DNA from: Mobula hypostoma
Taxonomy: Eukaryota
Direction of reading: 5' to 3'
Assembly: GCF_963921235.1 (NCBI RefSeq)
Contig: NC_086099.1
Coordinates: 45,632,001 to 45,696,000 of the forward strand
Length of the DNA: 64,000 nucleotides
Under the pieces are notes generated by a model that saw nothing but the letters and a program-made list of their open reading frames with translations, was not told the DNA's origin and ran no database searches. Each line of letters opens with the position of its first letter. Position 1 is the stretch's first letter. Of this stretch, positions 48,163 through 62,214 are shown in pieces. A program made the translations under genes and the position numbers.

Positions 48163-50993
48163 GTGAAGGTGCTGCATTTAAATGCACGTAGCATTCAGAA
48201 TAAGGTGGACGAACTTGTGGCACAGTTAGAGATTGGTCAGTATGACATTGTGGGCATCACTGAGTCGTGGCTGAAAGAAGGCCATAGTTGGGAGCTTAAC
48301 ATCAAAGGATATACTTTGTATCGAAAGGACAGGCAGGAAGGCATAGGCAATGCTGTGGCTCTGTTGGTAAGAGATGGAATTACATCTTTAGAAAGAGGTG
48401 ACATAGGGTCAGAGAATGGTGAATTTTTGTGGGTGGAGTTAAGAAATTGCAAGGGCAAAAGAAACCATTATGGGAATCATATGTAGGCCTCCAAATAGCA
48501 GCCTAGATGTGTTGTGATTGCTGAGGAAGCTGGAAGAGGCATGTAATAAGGGTAATGACACAATTATAATGGGGTACTTCAATATGGGGGGGGTATTGGA
48601 AAAATCAGGTTAGTGTCAGCTCGCAAGAGAGGAAATCTGTTGAACGCCTATGAGATGGATTTTTAGAGCAGCTTCTGCTTGAGCCTACTTGGTGAAAGCA
48701 ATCTTAGATTGGGCGTTGTGTAATAACCCAAATCTTATTAGGGAGCTTAACGTAAAGGAACCCTTAGGAGGTATAATATGATTGAATTCAAACTGCAATT
48801 TGAGAGGGAGAAGCATAACTCACATGTATCTGTATCGCAATGGAATAAAGGGAATTACAGAGGCATGAGAGAGGAGCTTGCCCAGGTGGATTGGCAGAGC
48901 AGAGATGGCTGAAGTTTCTGGGAATAGGTCACAAGGTGCAGATAGATATGTCTCACAGAGGAAGAAGTTCTCAAATGGCAGGGCTAGGCAACTGTGGCTG
49001 ACAAAGGAAGTTAAGGACTTCATAAAAGCCAAGGAAAGGGCATATAAGCTAGCAAGAGTGAGTGGGAAGTTGGATGATTGGGAAGCTTTTAAAATCCAAC
49101 AGAAGGCAACTAAAAAGCTATAAGAAGGGAAAAGATGAAATATGAAAGCAGACTAATGAATAATATAAAGCAGGATACCAAAAGATTTTTCAGTTATATA
49201 GAGTAAAAGGGAGGTGAGAGTTGATATTGGACCACTGGAAAATGATACTGGTGAGGTAGTAATTGGGTGCATAGAAATGGCAAATGAACGTAATGGCTAC
49301 TTTACATCTGCCTTCTCTGTGGAAGACACTGGAAGTGTGCCAGAGGTCTGTGAGTGTCAGGGAGCAAGAGTGAGTGCCATTGCTGTTACAAAGGGAAAAG
49401 GCAAACTCAAAGGTCTTAAGTCACTTGGACCAGATGGACTACATCCTGGAGTCATGAGAGAGCTTGCTGAAAAGATAACCAATGCATTGGTCATCATCTT
49501 TCAAGAATCGCTTGATTCTGGCATGGTCCTGGAGGACTGGAAAATTGCAAATGTCACTCCACTTTTTAAGAAGGGAGGAAGGCAAAAGAAAGGAAATCAT
49601 AGACTAGTTAGCCTAACCTCAGTGGTTAGGAAAGTGTTGGAATTTATAATTAAGGATGAGGTTTCAAGGTAGTTGGAGACTAATGATAAAATAAGTCAAA
49701 GTCTGCATGATTTCTCTAGAGGGAAATCTTGCCTGAATAATCTGTTACAGTTCTTTGAGCAAATAACAAGCAGCTTGGACAAAGGATAGGCAGTGGATGT
49801 CATTTACTTGGATTTTCAGAAGGCAGTTAATAAGGTGCCACACATAAGGCTGCTAAACAGGATAAAATCTTATGGCATTACAGGAAGGATCCTGGCATGG
49901 ATAGAGGAATGACTGACAGGCAGGAGGCAGTGAGTGGGAATAAAAGGGGCTTTTCTGGTTGGCTGCCAGTGATTACTGGGGTTCCTTAGGGGTCAGTATT
50001 GGGACCGCTTTTTTCACATTGTTTGTCAGTGACTTAGATAATGGAATTGATGGCTTTGTGGCAAAGTCTGCAGATGATATGAAGATAGGTGGAGGAGTAG
50101 GTAGTGCTGAGGAAGCAATACGATTGCAGCAGTGGTTAGAAAAATTGGAAGAATGGGCAAAAAAAAGGCAGATGGAATACAGTATTGGTAAATGTATGAT
50201 AATGCATTTGCAAAAAGGAAAAATAGTGCGAACTATTATCTAAATGAGGAAAAGGTTCTAACATCAGAGGTGCAGAGGGACTTAGGAGTCCTCTTGCAAG
50301 ACTCCCAAGACTCCCAGAAGGTTCACTTACAGGTTGAGTCTCTGGTAAAGAAGGCAAATACAGTGTTGGCATTTATTTCAAGGAAAAAATAGAATATAAA
50401 AGCAAGGAGATAATGCAGAGCCTTTGTAAAACTCTAGTCAGGTCACACTTAGAGTGTTGTCAACAGTTTTGGGCCCCATATCTCAGAAAGGATGTGTTAT
50501 CATTGGAGAGATTCCAGAGGAGTTTCACGAGGATGCTTCCAGGAATGAAGGGGTTAACATATGTGAAGCATTTGGCAGCTTTGGGCCTGTACTCACTGGA
50601 ATTTAGAAGAATGCAAGGGGATCTCATTGAAATCTACCAAATGTTGAAAGGCCTGGATAGGGTGGATGTGGAGAGGATTTTTCCTATGGTGGGGGTATTG
50701 AGAACTAGACAGCATAGTCTCAAAATCGAGGCGTGACCCTTTAGAACAGAGGTAAGGAGGATTTTTTTTTTTAGCCAGAGAATAGTAAATCTGTGGAATT
50801 CTCTACCAGAGACTGCGGTGGAAGCCAAGTCCATGCATATATTTAAGGCAGAAGTTGATCGTTTCTTGATGGGAATATGGCAAGAAGGCAGGTGTACGTG
50901 GTTGAGTGCGATCTGGGATCAGACATGATGGAATGGCGGAGATGACTCGATAGGCTGAATTGCCTAATTCTGCTCCTATGTCTTATGGTCTTA
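48163..50993 (+). mobile_element. CR1 LINE with nearly complete but disrupted ORF2 (APE endonuclease and RT)
   Basis: KVLHLNARSI...GITESWL, GPDGLHP, WKIANVTPLFKKG, AKSADDMK. Tail (TCTTATGG)n. 7-bp TSD TGTACAT at 48156-48162 and 50994-51000. Confidence 0.95.
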
Positions 50994-51759
50994 TGTACAT
51001 TTTAAAAAATATATTTCTTGCTTTACATTCAGATTATATTCTTATACCTAACAGTTTTATGGTCTTTCAATTGGCTTCCATACCTCTCAATCCTCAGTTA
51101 TTACTTCTCTTAGTAATATTACTAGAACCTCTGAATCTAATAGTATTCTTTTCTATTAAATTTTTATTTCTCAATCAAGTTTCTATTCATTGGGGGTTAT
51201 CAAGTAGTTCATTAAATTGTTGAAAATGTTGAGTAAGCTTATTTCCAACCTTCCTTAGCCAACTTGCCCTTCAATCCTATGGAACTAGCTTTAGTTTAAT
51301 GCTAGTTTTACACTCACTCTTTCTGCTGAACAGTTCTATGATGAAGGTAAGGAAACTGAAGGCATTCTATGGACTTGTACTGCAAATTAATTCCATCAAC
51401 TTAACTTGTTTCGTCTACACAAAAGATTAGAGACACCCAGGATTACTTGGCTATTTTTGTTATGGTCTCTTCTTAGTTCTTAATTTATACGTTGCCTAAC
51501 AATATAGAGGACCTTTAAGTTAAAACTTTTAGGACTCTTATAAAACCTATTGTGATTTTGTTTTACTTCATTAGGCATTATTTTCACCTATACTGATACT
51601 ACATCCCATTTCACTCAGCCATTCCTTATTACCTCTTGCCTTCCTTTATTGTCAGCTCCATATTAAGCCCAGATTTTCCCAGGATGTATGATGTTTTGAA
51701 TCTTCAGGCAACTTATATGTAGTCAACAGCATAATAGCTAAGCAATCATTTGTAAATGA

Positions 51760-52165
51760 TTGAGGGGGGATCTCATAGAAACATTCTGGATGTTAAAAGG
51801 CCTGAACAGATTAGATATGGCAAAATTATTTCCCATGGTAGGAAAGTCTAGGACAAGAGGGCATGATTTCAGGATTGAAGGACATTCATTTAGAACAGAG
51901 ATGTGGAGAAATTACTTTAGTCAGAGGGTGGTAAATCTGTGGAATTTGTTGCCACAGTGGCTGTGGAGGCCAAGCCATTGAGTGCATTTAAGGCAGGGAT
52001 AGATAGTTTCTTGATTAGCCAGGGCATCAAAGGGTATGAGGAGAAGGCAGGGGAGCGGAGATGACTGGAAGAATTGGATCAGCCCATGATTGAATGACGG
52101 AGCAAACTTGATGGGCCAAATGGCCTACTTCTGCTCCTATATCTTATGGTCTTATGGCTTATGGT
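51760..52165 (+). mobile_element. CR1 LINE 3' end
   Basis: RGDLIETF...SRTRGH...FSQRVVNLWN and tail CTTATGGTCTTATGG. Confidence 0.88.
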
Positions 52166-52724
52166 AAATAACAGCAATACTAGCTTAATTATCAAGCTTA
52201 ATTGTCTGCAGTAGCTTATCTACCTTGTCACAATCATTTCCAATAAACCGATAAAATGTCTTAAGTTGAAACATTTTCTCTGATTTAACCTAATTCACTG
52301 ATTTCTTATCATTAATTTCACCTTCCCTTCAGACTGCACTTCATTACCAAATCACCATACTGTTCAATGCCTATTTATGATAAAGCATTCCATAATCCTG
52401 TTACTGAATTTACCATGCACTGATACCACACTTGTTTAAGGGATCCGTTCCCTCTCGCATCTACGCGAAATGTAGTTTGTTTTGATTCATCCAGTCAAAC
52501 ATTTAAATCACCATAAACACAAGAGATTTTTCAGATGCTGGAAATCCAGAGCAAAACACACAGAATATTAGAGGAAGCTGGCAGGTCAGACAGCATCAGT
52601 GGAAATGAATAAACAGACAACAAATCAGGCCGAAACCATTCATCAGCACTCTGATAAATAACTATCCTACTTGGCTCAGTCCAATTTGCACGTGGCTCAG
52701 ATAAAAATTCAGAAGTTAAAAGTC

Positions 52725-52945
52725 TGCGGCGGGGTAACCGAGCTGTTGCTATGACGGTGCCAGCGGCCAGGATTTAGTTCCGCCACTGTTTCCCCATGAC
52801 TTCGTGGGTTTTCTATAGATGCTCCAGTTCCCTCCCACATTTCAAAGATGTACAAGTTAGTAAGTTAATTGGTCATGTGTGTAATTGGGCAGCACAGTCT
52901 CATTGAGCCATAAGGGGCTGTTACCATGCCATACCTCCAAACAAG
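52725..52945 (+). mobile_element. HE1-like V-SINE
   Basis: Degenerate tRNA-like head, V-domain-like core (TTCCCCATGACTTCGTGGGTTTTC...GCTCCAGTTCCCTCCCACATTTCAAAGATGT) and CR1-derived tail. Confidence 0.65.
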
Positions 52946-54599
52946 TAAATGAAACCTGTGACTTCTACATTGCAGTTTGACTCTTTTGGCAGAACCTCAT
53001 TACTAGTTCTGACTATGGCAGTCACCTCTACATAGATCTTCTCATGGAAACTGGATACCAATCCTTTTTTAAAAAAAAAGTTCTGCTACAGCATCATGGA
53101 ACTGTCTTTCACATGGACACAGGGCAAACAATACAGCCTTTAGAATTCTGTTCAGTGATGCAAAGAAAGTGTGACTTTTCCATCTTTTCTCCTAATTTTT
53201 CAAAGCCCAACCACAGAGAATGCTATTTTCACTCCCCATATTTTACCATTTAAAATTCAGAATTGCTTTGGAGTTGCAGCCTTTACTTTCTATTAATTGC
53301 ATCATAGGATAAATGGTAACAATAATAAAATGGTTTTCAGTTGTCAAAACTTTTCCCATGTTAAATAATTGAAAAGGTATAATTTTGCCATTACATAATT
53401 TGTTTTCATAAGCTAAGTATGTTTGCGTTTACCATGACTGAATATAAAAGTTCCCACAAGTTATGGAACATTGAAAATGTTACTCTGTCTATTTGCCACA
53501 GTGACCAGAAGCACAATTTAATGTCCAAAAATAAGTTTTGAAATTATTAACTAAAGAAAGGCTCCAATTTGAAAAACAACTTGTATATAAATGGGTGTTA
53601 TTGACCCATAGTACAACCATTGGTTTAGTTAGCACTGAAACAATTTCTATCACAAAAGCAAATTGTCCATAGACATGCCTTGGCAATAAAATCACATGGA
53701 ATTTCTGCTTTCACTTGTTCAAATTGGAAATTATACCTTTGCCACACAGAATAATGATAGATTAAACATAACTATAAGTTCGGGAAAAACTAAATTCAAA
53801 TGACTTAACTGGATACCAACAATAATGAGTTCATCAAAATTAAGTTCAAGATCTTTCATGGGAAAACAGAAATAATAAACTATAATTGAGAATAAATCGT
53901 ATTCTAGTATTCCAGTTTAAAATGTGCCAGGATATTTGAAATCAGCAATAAACATGACTTTATTTCATGTTCTTGGCTTACGGAAGAACCATATATAACC
54001 AAACAAAGTTTTTAAAAAAAAATCTTGTCACTCTCCATACTCTCTGCTGGAAATCCTATCTGAAAAGGAAGGAATGGTGTCTTCAAACAAATGGGAAAAA
54101 AATACCTGAAACAACCCTTGTTTTTGAAAACAAAGTGAGAAAAGAGTTCTTGATGATTGAGGAACAGAATAACTTCAATAAATATCCTGATGTTGGGGAC
54201 AATCTAATCACCTATTTAGCACAACTAAATGATGGACTATGAAAAGTTTTGATTTCTTTCTTTCATATCTGTTTAATCTGCACCGAACTCAACTTTAATT
54301 TTATTGGTGCTTTACAGCACCGGGCCTGGAGATAGACCAAGTGCAGTATGGTAGTTTTCAGCTAAATGAGCGAGATGACAGAAATTGACTCTAACAAATT
54401 TTCAACTTTCATTCTTTCAGACACCAAAAATGAAGATGTGAAATTACTGAGAGTTTCATCTGTCAGTTTTCACATCCATTGTTAATGAATATCCTGTTGT
54501 ACAATGGGTATGGCCCAGAATGGCAGCATTTGTCAACAGCATCCTATTACTTTAGAATGGTATTATCATCCAGGATAAAAATAGGATCCTGATTCTGAA

Positions 54600-55642
54600 A
54601 CAGGAGGAAATCTGCAGATGCTGGAATTTCAAGCAACACACATAAAAGTTGCTGGTGAACGCAGCAGCCCAGGCAGCATCTCTAGGAAGAGGTACAGTCA
54701 ACGATTCGGGCCAAGACCCTTCGTCAGGACTAACTGAAAGAAGAGCTAGTGAGAGATTTGAAAGTGGGAGGGAGAGGGAGAGATCTGAAATGATAGGAGA
54801 AGACAGGAGGGGGAGGGATGGAGCCAAAAGCTGGACAGTTGATTGGCAACAGGGATATGAGAGGATTATTGTTACGCTTCCCCCCTCACTACCTTTCAGG
54901 GCACCAGACAGTCCTTCCAGGTGAGGCGACACTTCACCTGTGAGTCGGCTGGGGTGATATACTGCATCTGGTGCTCCCGATGTGGCCTTCTATATATTAG
55001 CGAGACCTGACGCAGACTGGGAGATCGTTTTGCTGAACACCTATGCTCTGTCCGCCAGAGAAAGCAGGATCTCCCAGTGGCCACACATTTTAATTCCATG
55101 CCCCATTCCCATTCTGATATGTCTATCCAAGGCCTCTTCTCCTGTCAAGATGAAGCCACACTCAGGTTGGAGGAACAACACCTTATATTCCGTCTGGGTA
55201 GCCTCCAACCTGATGGCATGAACACTGACTTCTCTAACTTCCGCTAATGCCCCACCTCCCCATCGTACCCCATCTGTTATTTATTTATATACACACATTC
55301 TTTTTCTGTCTCTCCTTTTTCTCCCTCTGTCCCTCTCACTATACCCCTTGCCCATCCTCCGGTTTTCCCCCCTCCCCCTTTTCTTTCTCTCTGGACCTCC
55401 TGTCCCATGATCCTCTCATATCCCTTTTGCCAATCAACTGTCCAGCTTTTGGCTTCATCCCTCCCCCTCATCTTCTCCTATCATTTCGGATCTCCCCCTC
55501 CTCCTCCCACTTTCAAATCTCTTACTAGCTCTTCTTTCAGTTAGTCCTGACAAAGGGTCTCGGCCCAAAACATCGACTGTACCTCTTCCTAGAGATGCTG
55601 CCTGGCCTGCTGCGTTCACCAGCAACTTCTATGTGTGTTTCT
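54600..55642. mobile_element. Two-armed inverted Penelope insertion (minus arm 54600-54867, plus arm 54872-55642 with GIY-YIG)
   Basis: 10-bp TSD TGATTCTGAA at 54590-54599 and 55643-55652. The hammerheads at 54695-54732 (minus) and 55542-55579 (plus) have core mutations. Confidence 0.9.
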
Positions 55643-56356
55643 TGATTCTGAATGCCAAGTTCAGTTTAACATAAGCATTCCCATTTTCCTGTTAAATGCC
55701 CCAAGCCATCTTGCGCAGACTCTGATTGTACCATGATTCCACTATTCCTTTCTTCATATAGCCTTTCTTGACAGTACACGTGCATAGGTACATCAAGGAC
55801 AGGCAGACAGTTTCCCAATGTTCATATTTGCATATATTCCAGAAAGAATTAATTGTCAAAATAAAGTTGAGGGTCTTGGTTATTTAGGTGAAAATTCAGG
55901 CAAGGAATTGCTTCACGGATATCCAAAAAGAATAGCCTAGATTGAGCTGCGTCACCTTTAGATTTACAAAAGAGACACCTTGCTGCCCAGCTAAATATTG
56001 AAGTGCAGCAAAATAGATTTCCAGAAGGGAAATCATGTTTCACAAGCTAATAACTTTTCTTGCATTTGTAGGGGAAATTTGAGAAAAGAATACAGTCAGC
56101 TTCTCAGAAAGCCTTTCATAAAGTCCTGCATAAAAGTGCAGCATGAAAATTAAAATGCATTGTCTTAGAAGTAACACATTAGCTTGGATTGAAAATTGTT
56201 TGACAGATAGGAAACAGACTGGAATAAATAGGTCTCTTTTACCAGTAGGATTTTGTAAGATTCAGGGTTCGTGCAACAGCTGTTCATCAAATATGTTAAC
56301 ATGTATTTCATAATTTTCCGCAAGGATCAGTGCTGGGACCTCTGTTGTTTGTAATA

Positions 56357-57117
56357 CAGTGGATTCTGGTTAATTGTGCCACTGGTTGAGCGGGGCTGCC
56401 GCTTATTTGGACAACTCTACAAGAACAAAAACTGATGGAGAAAATAGCCAGAATTCCCTTTGTTTATATGGGACACTATGCCACTTAATTGGGGCAGGAG
56501 ACTTTTGTTTAACAGTTACTAACTAGCGTCAGATGCGTGCACTTATATGGCCTTTCAACACTACACCATGCTTACAGCGAACGTATTTTAAATAGCGTCA
56601 GTTGTTTCTGTTTGAGTTCAAGAAGCAGTGACTTTTGGCACGGATAGTTGGAGGGAAATAAGCAATAAAATAATTCGAAACTGTGTTGCTCACTGCAGTT
56701 TCAAGTACTGAGGCTTAGAGATGCCAGAAATGGCTGGGAGTGTAAATGAAACAAATTTGAAAGTATTGACAATCATCTTGAATATTACCATGAAAATGAA
56801 TAATTGGAAAATGCAATCATCGATAGCATTATATGAAGGCAGTCAATTATCTACACTGGGTGTTGGCACTGATTTCGTTTATTTACAGTGAATTAAAAGA
56901 ATGTGTACAACGGATTAATTCCCTCATCAATAAAAATTAGGAACGAATACATAGATTTATAGTACTGTAGTAGTACTGGTAATATTCTAATTTGTTCTGT
57001 ATTTCATTTAAATACATAATTTGTTACTTAGTTAAACAGTAGGTTGCGTTTTATACCTTTTAAAGTATTTCCATGAAACTTTGGCTAACTGGGGCAGCCA
57101 CTTACTTGGGCCAAAAT
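56357..57117 (+). mobile_element. Tigger/pogo-like non-autonomous element (right end missing), inside CR1 remnants
   Basis: Starts TA|CAGTGGATTCTGGTTAATTG with repeated CTTAATTGGG motifs. C-terminal remnant KIIRNCVAHCSF. Confidence 0.55.
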
Positions 57118-57119
57118 AG

Positions 57120-58270
57120 ATGTGGAAACTGAGGAGAAGTTGTGGAAAAGGTTTACCAGAAAGTTGCCTGAATTCTAGGGTATGAGCTAAAAGAAAAGAT
57201 TAGACAAACTTGAGTTGTTTTATCTAGGGCATTGGAGGTTGACAGCATGTCTGACAGAGGTATTATGACAGGCATAGATAGAGTAGAGAATCAGAATCTT
57301 TACTCCAGCTTAGACATGTCAAATAGTAGGGACATGCTTTTAAGTTTAGTTAGGTGGGGTGTAAGTCTAAAGATGATGTAAGGGGCAAATATTTTTGTTA
57401 TACAGAGTGGTGGGTGCCTGGGGTAGCTTACCAGCATTAGTAGTGGAAACAGACAGATTGGTGGAGTTTATGGAGGTTTGAGATAGACACATGAATATGA
57501 AAGGAATGGAGGAATAAGGATGATACACACAAAGAGGACATTTAATATAAATTGGCATCAAAATTGGCATAACATCATGGGCCAAATGGTGAAATGATCT
57601 GTTCTATACATTTGCAATTTGGATGAATAAACTAAGCATAATAGTTTCAAGTTTGCTGACAGTACTAAACTATATATGACTGTGAAACATGGGGAGGATG
57701 CAAGGAGGCTTCTAGGCATTTAACACTCTGAGTGCATGAGAAAAATACAAGGCTAACGTGGGACAATGTGGATAAAATTGAAGATATCCACCTTGGTAGG
57801 GAAAACAGTAAGACAGTAGACTATTTAAATGTTATTAAATTAGGAACTGACCATAGATAAAGAGAACAATGTTTCTGAACATGCATCATTGAAAACAAAT
57901 ATGCAGGTAAAGAACAGTGATACAGGAAGACGGCAGCTGCTGAAAATGTGAACCAACACACTAACACAAAATGCTGCAGGAAATCAGGCAGCAAGAATGG
58001 AGGGAAATGAACAGTCTATATTTTGGGCTAAGACCCTTCATCAGGACTTCTTCATTTTGCGCATGTTGCATTCAGGTATTGGCCTCCATGGTAAGAAGAC
58101 TTGAATGTAAAAGCAATGACATTTTATTCGAATTGAATAGAACACTAGAGAGACTACATTTGGAGCACTGTGCATGACTTTGGTCACTTTACAAAAAATA
58201 TATACTTGCAGTCATAAGTGTGTAGCTAAGGCCCACCAGATTGATTCTTGAAAATTCAGTACAGTTGCAT
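57120..58270 (+). mobile_element. Old CR1 fragments with an embedded pseudo-LTR piece (about 57935-58047)
   Basis: CR1 3' end at 57120-57610 and an RT fragment (AAGTTTGCTGACAGTACTAAA) from about 57640. Confidence 0.6.
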
Positions 58271-58289
58271 GAGGAAAGATTGATTCATA

Positions 58290-59240
58290 GAGCTGATGAC
58301 ACGACAGTGGTGGGCTTATCACCAACAAGATGAGATAGCATAAAGAGAGGAAGTGGAAGAGTGAGTTCAAGTCCTGTGGCCAAGCAAATAACCTCTTCTT
58401 CAACGTCAACAAGACAAAGGAGATGGTTATCAACTTCAAGAGAACTTGCATCACTCACACCCTTCTTTACATCGGCAGCACCGCAATGGAAACTGCGAGC
58501 AGCTTCAAACTCCTGGGCGTGCAGGTCTAGCGGAAACTCCCATGGTCCTGAACACATTATATACAATCAGGAAAACTCAACAACGCCTCTACTTTCTGAG
58601 GAGGCCGAACAAAGCTGGACTAGGTACATCTATGCTCATGTCATTCTAGAGGTGCACAGTAGAGAGCACCCTAGCAAGCTGCATCACTGCATGGTAGGAA
58701 ACTGCACAAAGGGTAGTTAAAACTGCCCAGTGCATCACTGGCACCAGCCTACTCGCAATCAAAGACATATATACCAAAAGGGCTAGTAACGTGAAGAAGG
58801 ATCCCACCCACCCTGATCATGGACTGTTTGTCCTACTCCCATCTGGGAGGAGGCGACATAGCATCTGTACCAGGACCACTCAAAAACAGTTACTTTTGTC
58901 AAGTATTAAAAGCTGATCAACATCTCCACCCACCGGGCCGCACCCCCAGACACCACTACTTTAACATTTCCTGTCAGTCACCTCACTTTATGAGCTTTCA
59001 ATCAATATATATAAGTTATCAATATTTATCGCTTATTTATTTATCTCAATATTTATCTGAAATAATAATATCTTCTTATTATTACTTTTTTCTCTTATTT
59101 TGTACTTGCACAGATTGTTGTCTTTTGCACAATGGTTGTTTGTCTGTATTTATTGTGAATGCCACAAGAAAATGAATCTCAGCATAGTATATGGTAACAT
59201 ATATGTACTTTGATAGTAAATTTACTTCACTTTGAACTTG
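58290..59240 (+). mobile_element. Rex1/Babar-type LINE fragments
   Basis: ADDTTVVGLI, NVNKTKEMVINF and QQRLYFLRR. Tail AAATTTACTTCACTTTGAACTT. Confidence 0.75.
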
Positions 59241-59244
59241 GAAA

Positions 59245-59460
59245 TTGTAACAGGCTTTTCCAGTCCAATGAGCCTACAACACCCAATTATACTTATGTGA
59301 CCAACTAACCTGTTAACTTGTACGTGGGAGGATACCAGAACACCCAGAGGAAATCCATGTGGTCACATACAGACTCCTTACAGACAGTGGCAGAATTGGA
59401 CCTGGCTCGCCGGCAATGTAATAGTTTTATGCTAACTACTCTGCTACCATGCTGCCCTGT
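59245..59460 (-). mobile_element. HE1-like V-SINE
   Basis: Minus-strand head CAGGGCAGCATGGTAGCAGAGTAGTTAGC (A-box-like) and the same core as 52725-52945. Confidence 0.7.
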
Positions 59461-60000
59461 TGTGCTTGGATTTATGGTAACACTTAGCTTTGGATAGCTG
59501 GACAAAATCAGAGGCAAAAGAGGACAGCACCTAACCTCTGACCTTTCCAAATTTCTGTCAAGTAAATTGCCTAAGTTTGCTAAATTTCTTCTTCTCTTTG
59601 AAAGCTGATGGGCTAGTGCTATTTGAGCTACACCACAGCTCCTATTCACTCTCTTCTCTGCTGCTCGGGATGTCAATTACATATTTGGCTTCAGAAAGCG
59701 AGTGGTTTTGTTCTGCAGGACGCCTCTAATGCAAGATCTGTGAAAGAAACTCTGTAAAAGAATGAAGAGCTCAGTGGAAATTCAACATTTGACAGATTTG
59801 TAGGCTTTTGTTATCTAATACAAATTGAGTGTGAGTCACTTTCTCCACTGTTCCTGGCAAGCTTGAACTTACAGCATCAAACTTTCTTTTTTATTATCAT
59901 TGACATACATCATGAAATTTGTTGTTGTGAGGAAGTAGTACAGAGCAAGAATAAAACAATTGTTATAACTTACAATAAAAAAATAAATAATGCAAAAGAG

Positions 60001-60212
60001 CAACATACATCAAAGTTGCTGGTGAACGCAGCAGGCCAAGCAGCATCTGTAGGAAGAGGCGCAGTCGACGTTTCAGGCCGAGACCCTTCGTCAGGACTAA
60101 CTGAAGGAAGAGTGAGTAAGGGATTTGAAAGCTGGAGGGGGAGGGGGAGATGCAAAATGATAGGAGAAGACAGGAGGGGGAGGGATAGAGCCGAGATGTT
60201 AATGCAAACTGT
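60001..60212 (-). mobile_element. Penelope pseudo-LTR fragment of about 200 bp with an intact hammerhead (60062-60099) and templated filler
   Basis: 13-bp TSD TAATGCAAAAGAG at 59988-60000 and 60213-60225. Filler TGTTAATGCAAACTGT at 60197-60212. Confidence 0.88.
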
Positions 60213-62214
60213 TAATGCAAAAGAGGTTGTGTTCATGGCCCAGTCAGAATTTGGTACAACTGAAAGTGTGGCCCAGATACCAGCTGATGACTGGTTCAGG
60301 TGCTGAAGTAAATGGTACAGTAAACAGGACAACTAGGTTTTGTATTCACTTAAGCATAAAAGCATGAACGGTGGGAAATAAATTAACAAAATTCTGACAG
60401 GGCCGGACTGACTGGATATGGGGAGAATGATTGCTCTGACTAGGTGTTGAGAATGAGGAGTCACAATCACAGGTTATGGGGCAAAAGGTTTAGAAATCTC
60501 TTCAATCAATGGTGCAGAACCTTCAGAATTTGCTATCCTAGAGAGTTGGATAGATAAAATCAACGTGTATATGAAAGAAGGAGGTTTATTCATTTATAGA
60601 TTTTAAAAAGCACCTAAGAGTATGAAGGGAGAACAGAATATGGTATGGAGATTGTTTATCAACTCCATGTTTTAATTTAATAATTTGATTAAAATTACTG
60701 AAAAGTACTTATATACAAACCATTTTTTCCAGCTTCGTAATAGATTATACCTAGAAATTGTGTGCAGTTATGTTTTTCTTAAGCCTGGTCTGCAAACTTT
60801 TCCAGGGACTTTTCCTTAGATAATTTTAATCTCTAAAAAGAGAGATGTTAATGCCTGAAAATTTTCTTACCAAAACAAGTTCTTTTAAGTTTTCTTTGAT
60901 TCCCCACCCCCCCCAAAGATGTATATATACAAAGAAGACATGGTAAAATATTGAGACATGAACCAGGACATGACAAAAAGTTCTGAAACATAACAGTCAT
61001 AATTTCTGGAACTGTAAATTTGAAGCTGAACAGTTCATGTTATGTTGCCTTAGAAATTGCTCTAAAACACACAAGCTCAAATAATTAACTGCCAACAAAT
61101 TGTAACACAATTCAAAAATCAAACCACATTCAAGTCACAGATATTATAGCATATGTAAACATTCTATGAATTTTTAGATAGTTAAATATCTCTGACCGTA
61201 ATGTAGTTTGAAATATGAAATGATTATTTCTCCTTAGTTCTCTTTTGTATAACACAAATAAAAATATTAATGGTAATGAATATTGCATTACATGGTGGCT
61301 CCTTTTAAAGTAAGCAAATGAATTACAGCACAAATATTTGCTAGCTTTTCACAGCTATCATTTACAATAAAATGACCTTAAGAGTACATTTTCTGGCAAA
61401 CTGTTAGTGCAGTTATTCAACATTACTTCTGAGCTGGTCATGAAAGCCAAATAGTGTTCTTGGGAATAAGCAACGCAAAGATCAAAGCTCAATTATAATA
61501 AGAAATATGTTTATTGATACAAGTAGTTGAGTCCCTTACTACTTCCTTTGTTGGAGTTTGTGAAGGGCTTGTCATGGGAGTAAGGTTAGTCTTGCTTGGG
61601 CTGTAATGCAAACAAATAAACTGGAAGACTACACCTTGTTCAATAATCTTTTCAGTTGAATAAACATCCTAAGAGCTGAGAAGTACAAATAAACTAAATG
61701 CATTTTACAGCAGTATGAACACTATTGATATATATTGAACATAATGAGCACATCCTCACATGTTGTAATGTTTTATGATTTCTCAGAAGTAGCAGGAATA
61801 TAAATAAGTTCGCAGCAATTCGATTTTGGCTACAGTTCTTCACAGATGCATTTGAAGCAAAGGTGTTCATACAACGTGCACAAAATATGATATCTGAGAT
61901 TTGAACTACAAATTTTCATTTTGTTCCAAAAGTTCTGATCTTCCGGAAGCTTAAGGCTTAACACGTTCCTTATTTCAAAATTAACTCATATACACATAAA
62001 AAGTTGGTGTGCAAAATTATGGCTCCCGAGACTGGGGAAGTACATTGACATTCATTGGTCAACAGACAGGACATAAAGAGTAGGAATAAATGGGAGTTTC
62101 TCAGGGTTGCAGCAATGGCCTTCTGGATCAGTGCTTGGGCCCCAGCTTTTCAAAATACATCCCAATGGCTTGGATGAAGGAAATAAATGTAATATTTCTA
62201 AATTTGTTTTTCAG

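Noticed and set aside
53967-54242. 91-aa ORF as a host exon
   Set aside because: It is AT-rich, has no recognisable homology and has no convincing splice sites.
54460-54482. miR-223 orthologue
   Set aside because: Only the first 9 nt match. The rest of the arm, the loop and the 5' arm differ.
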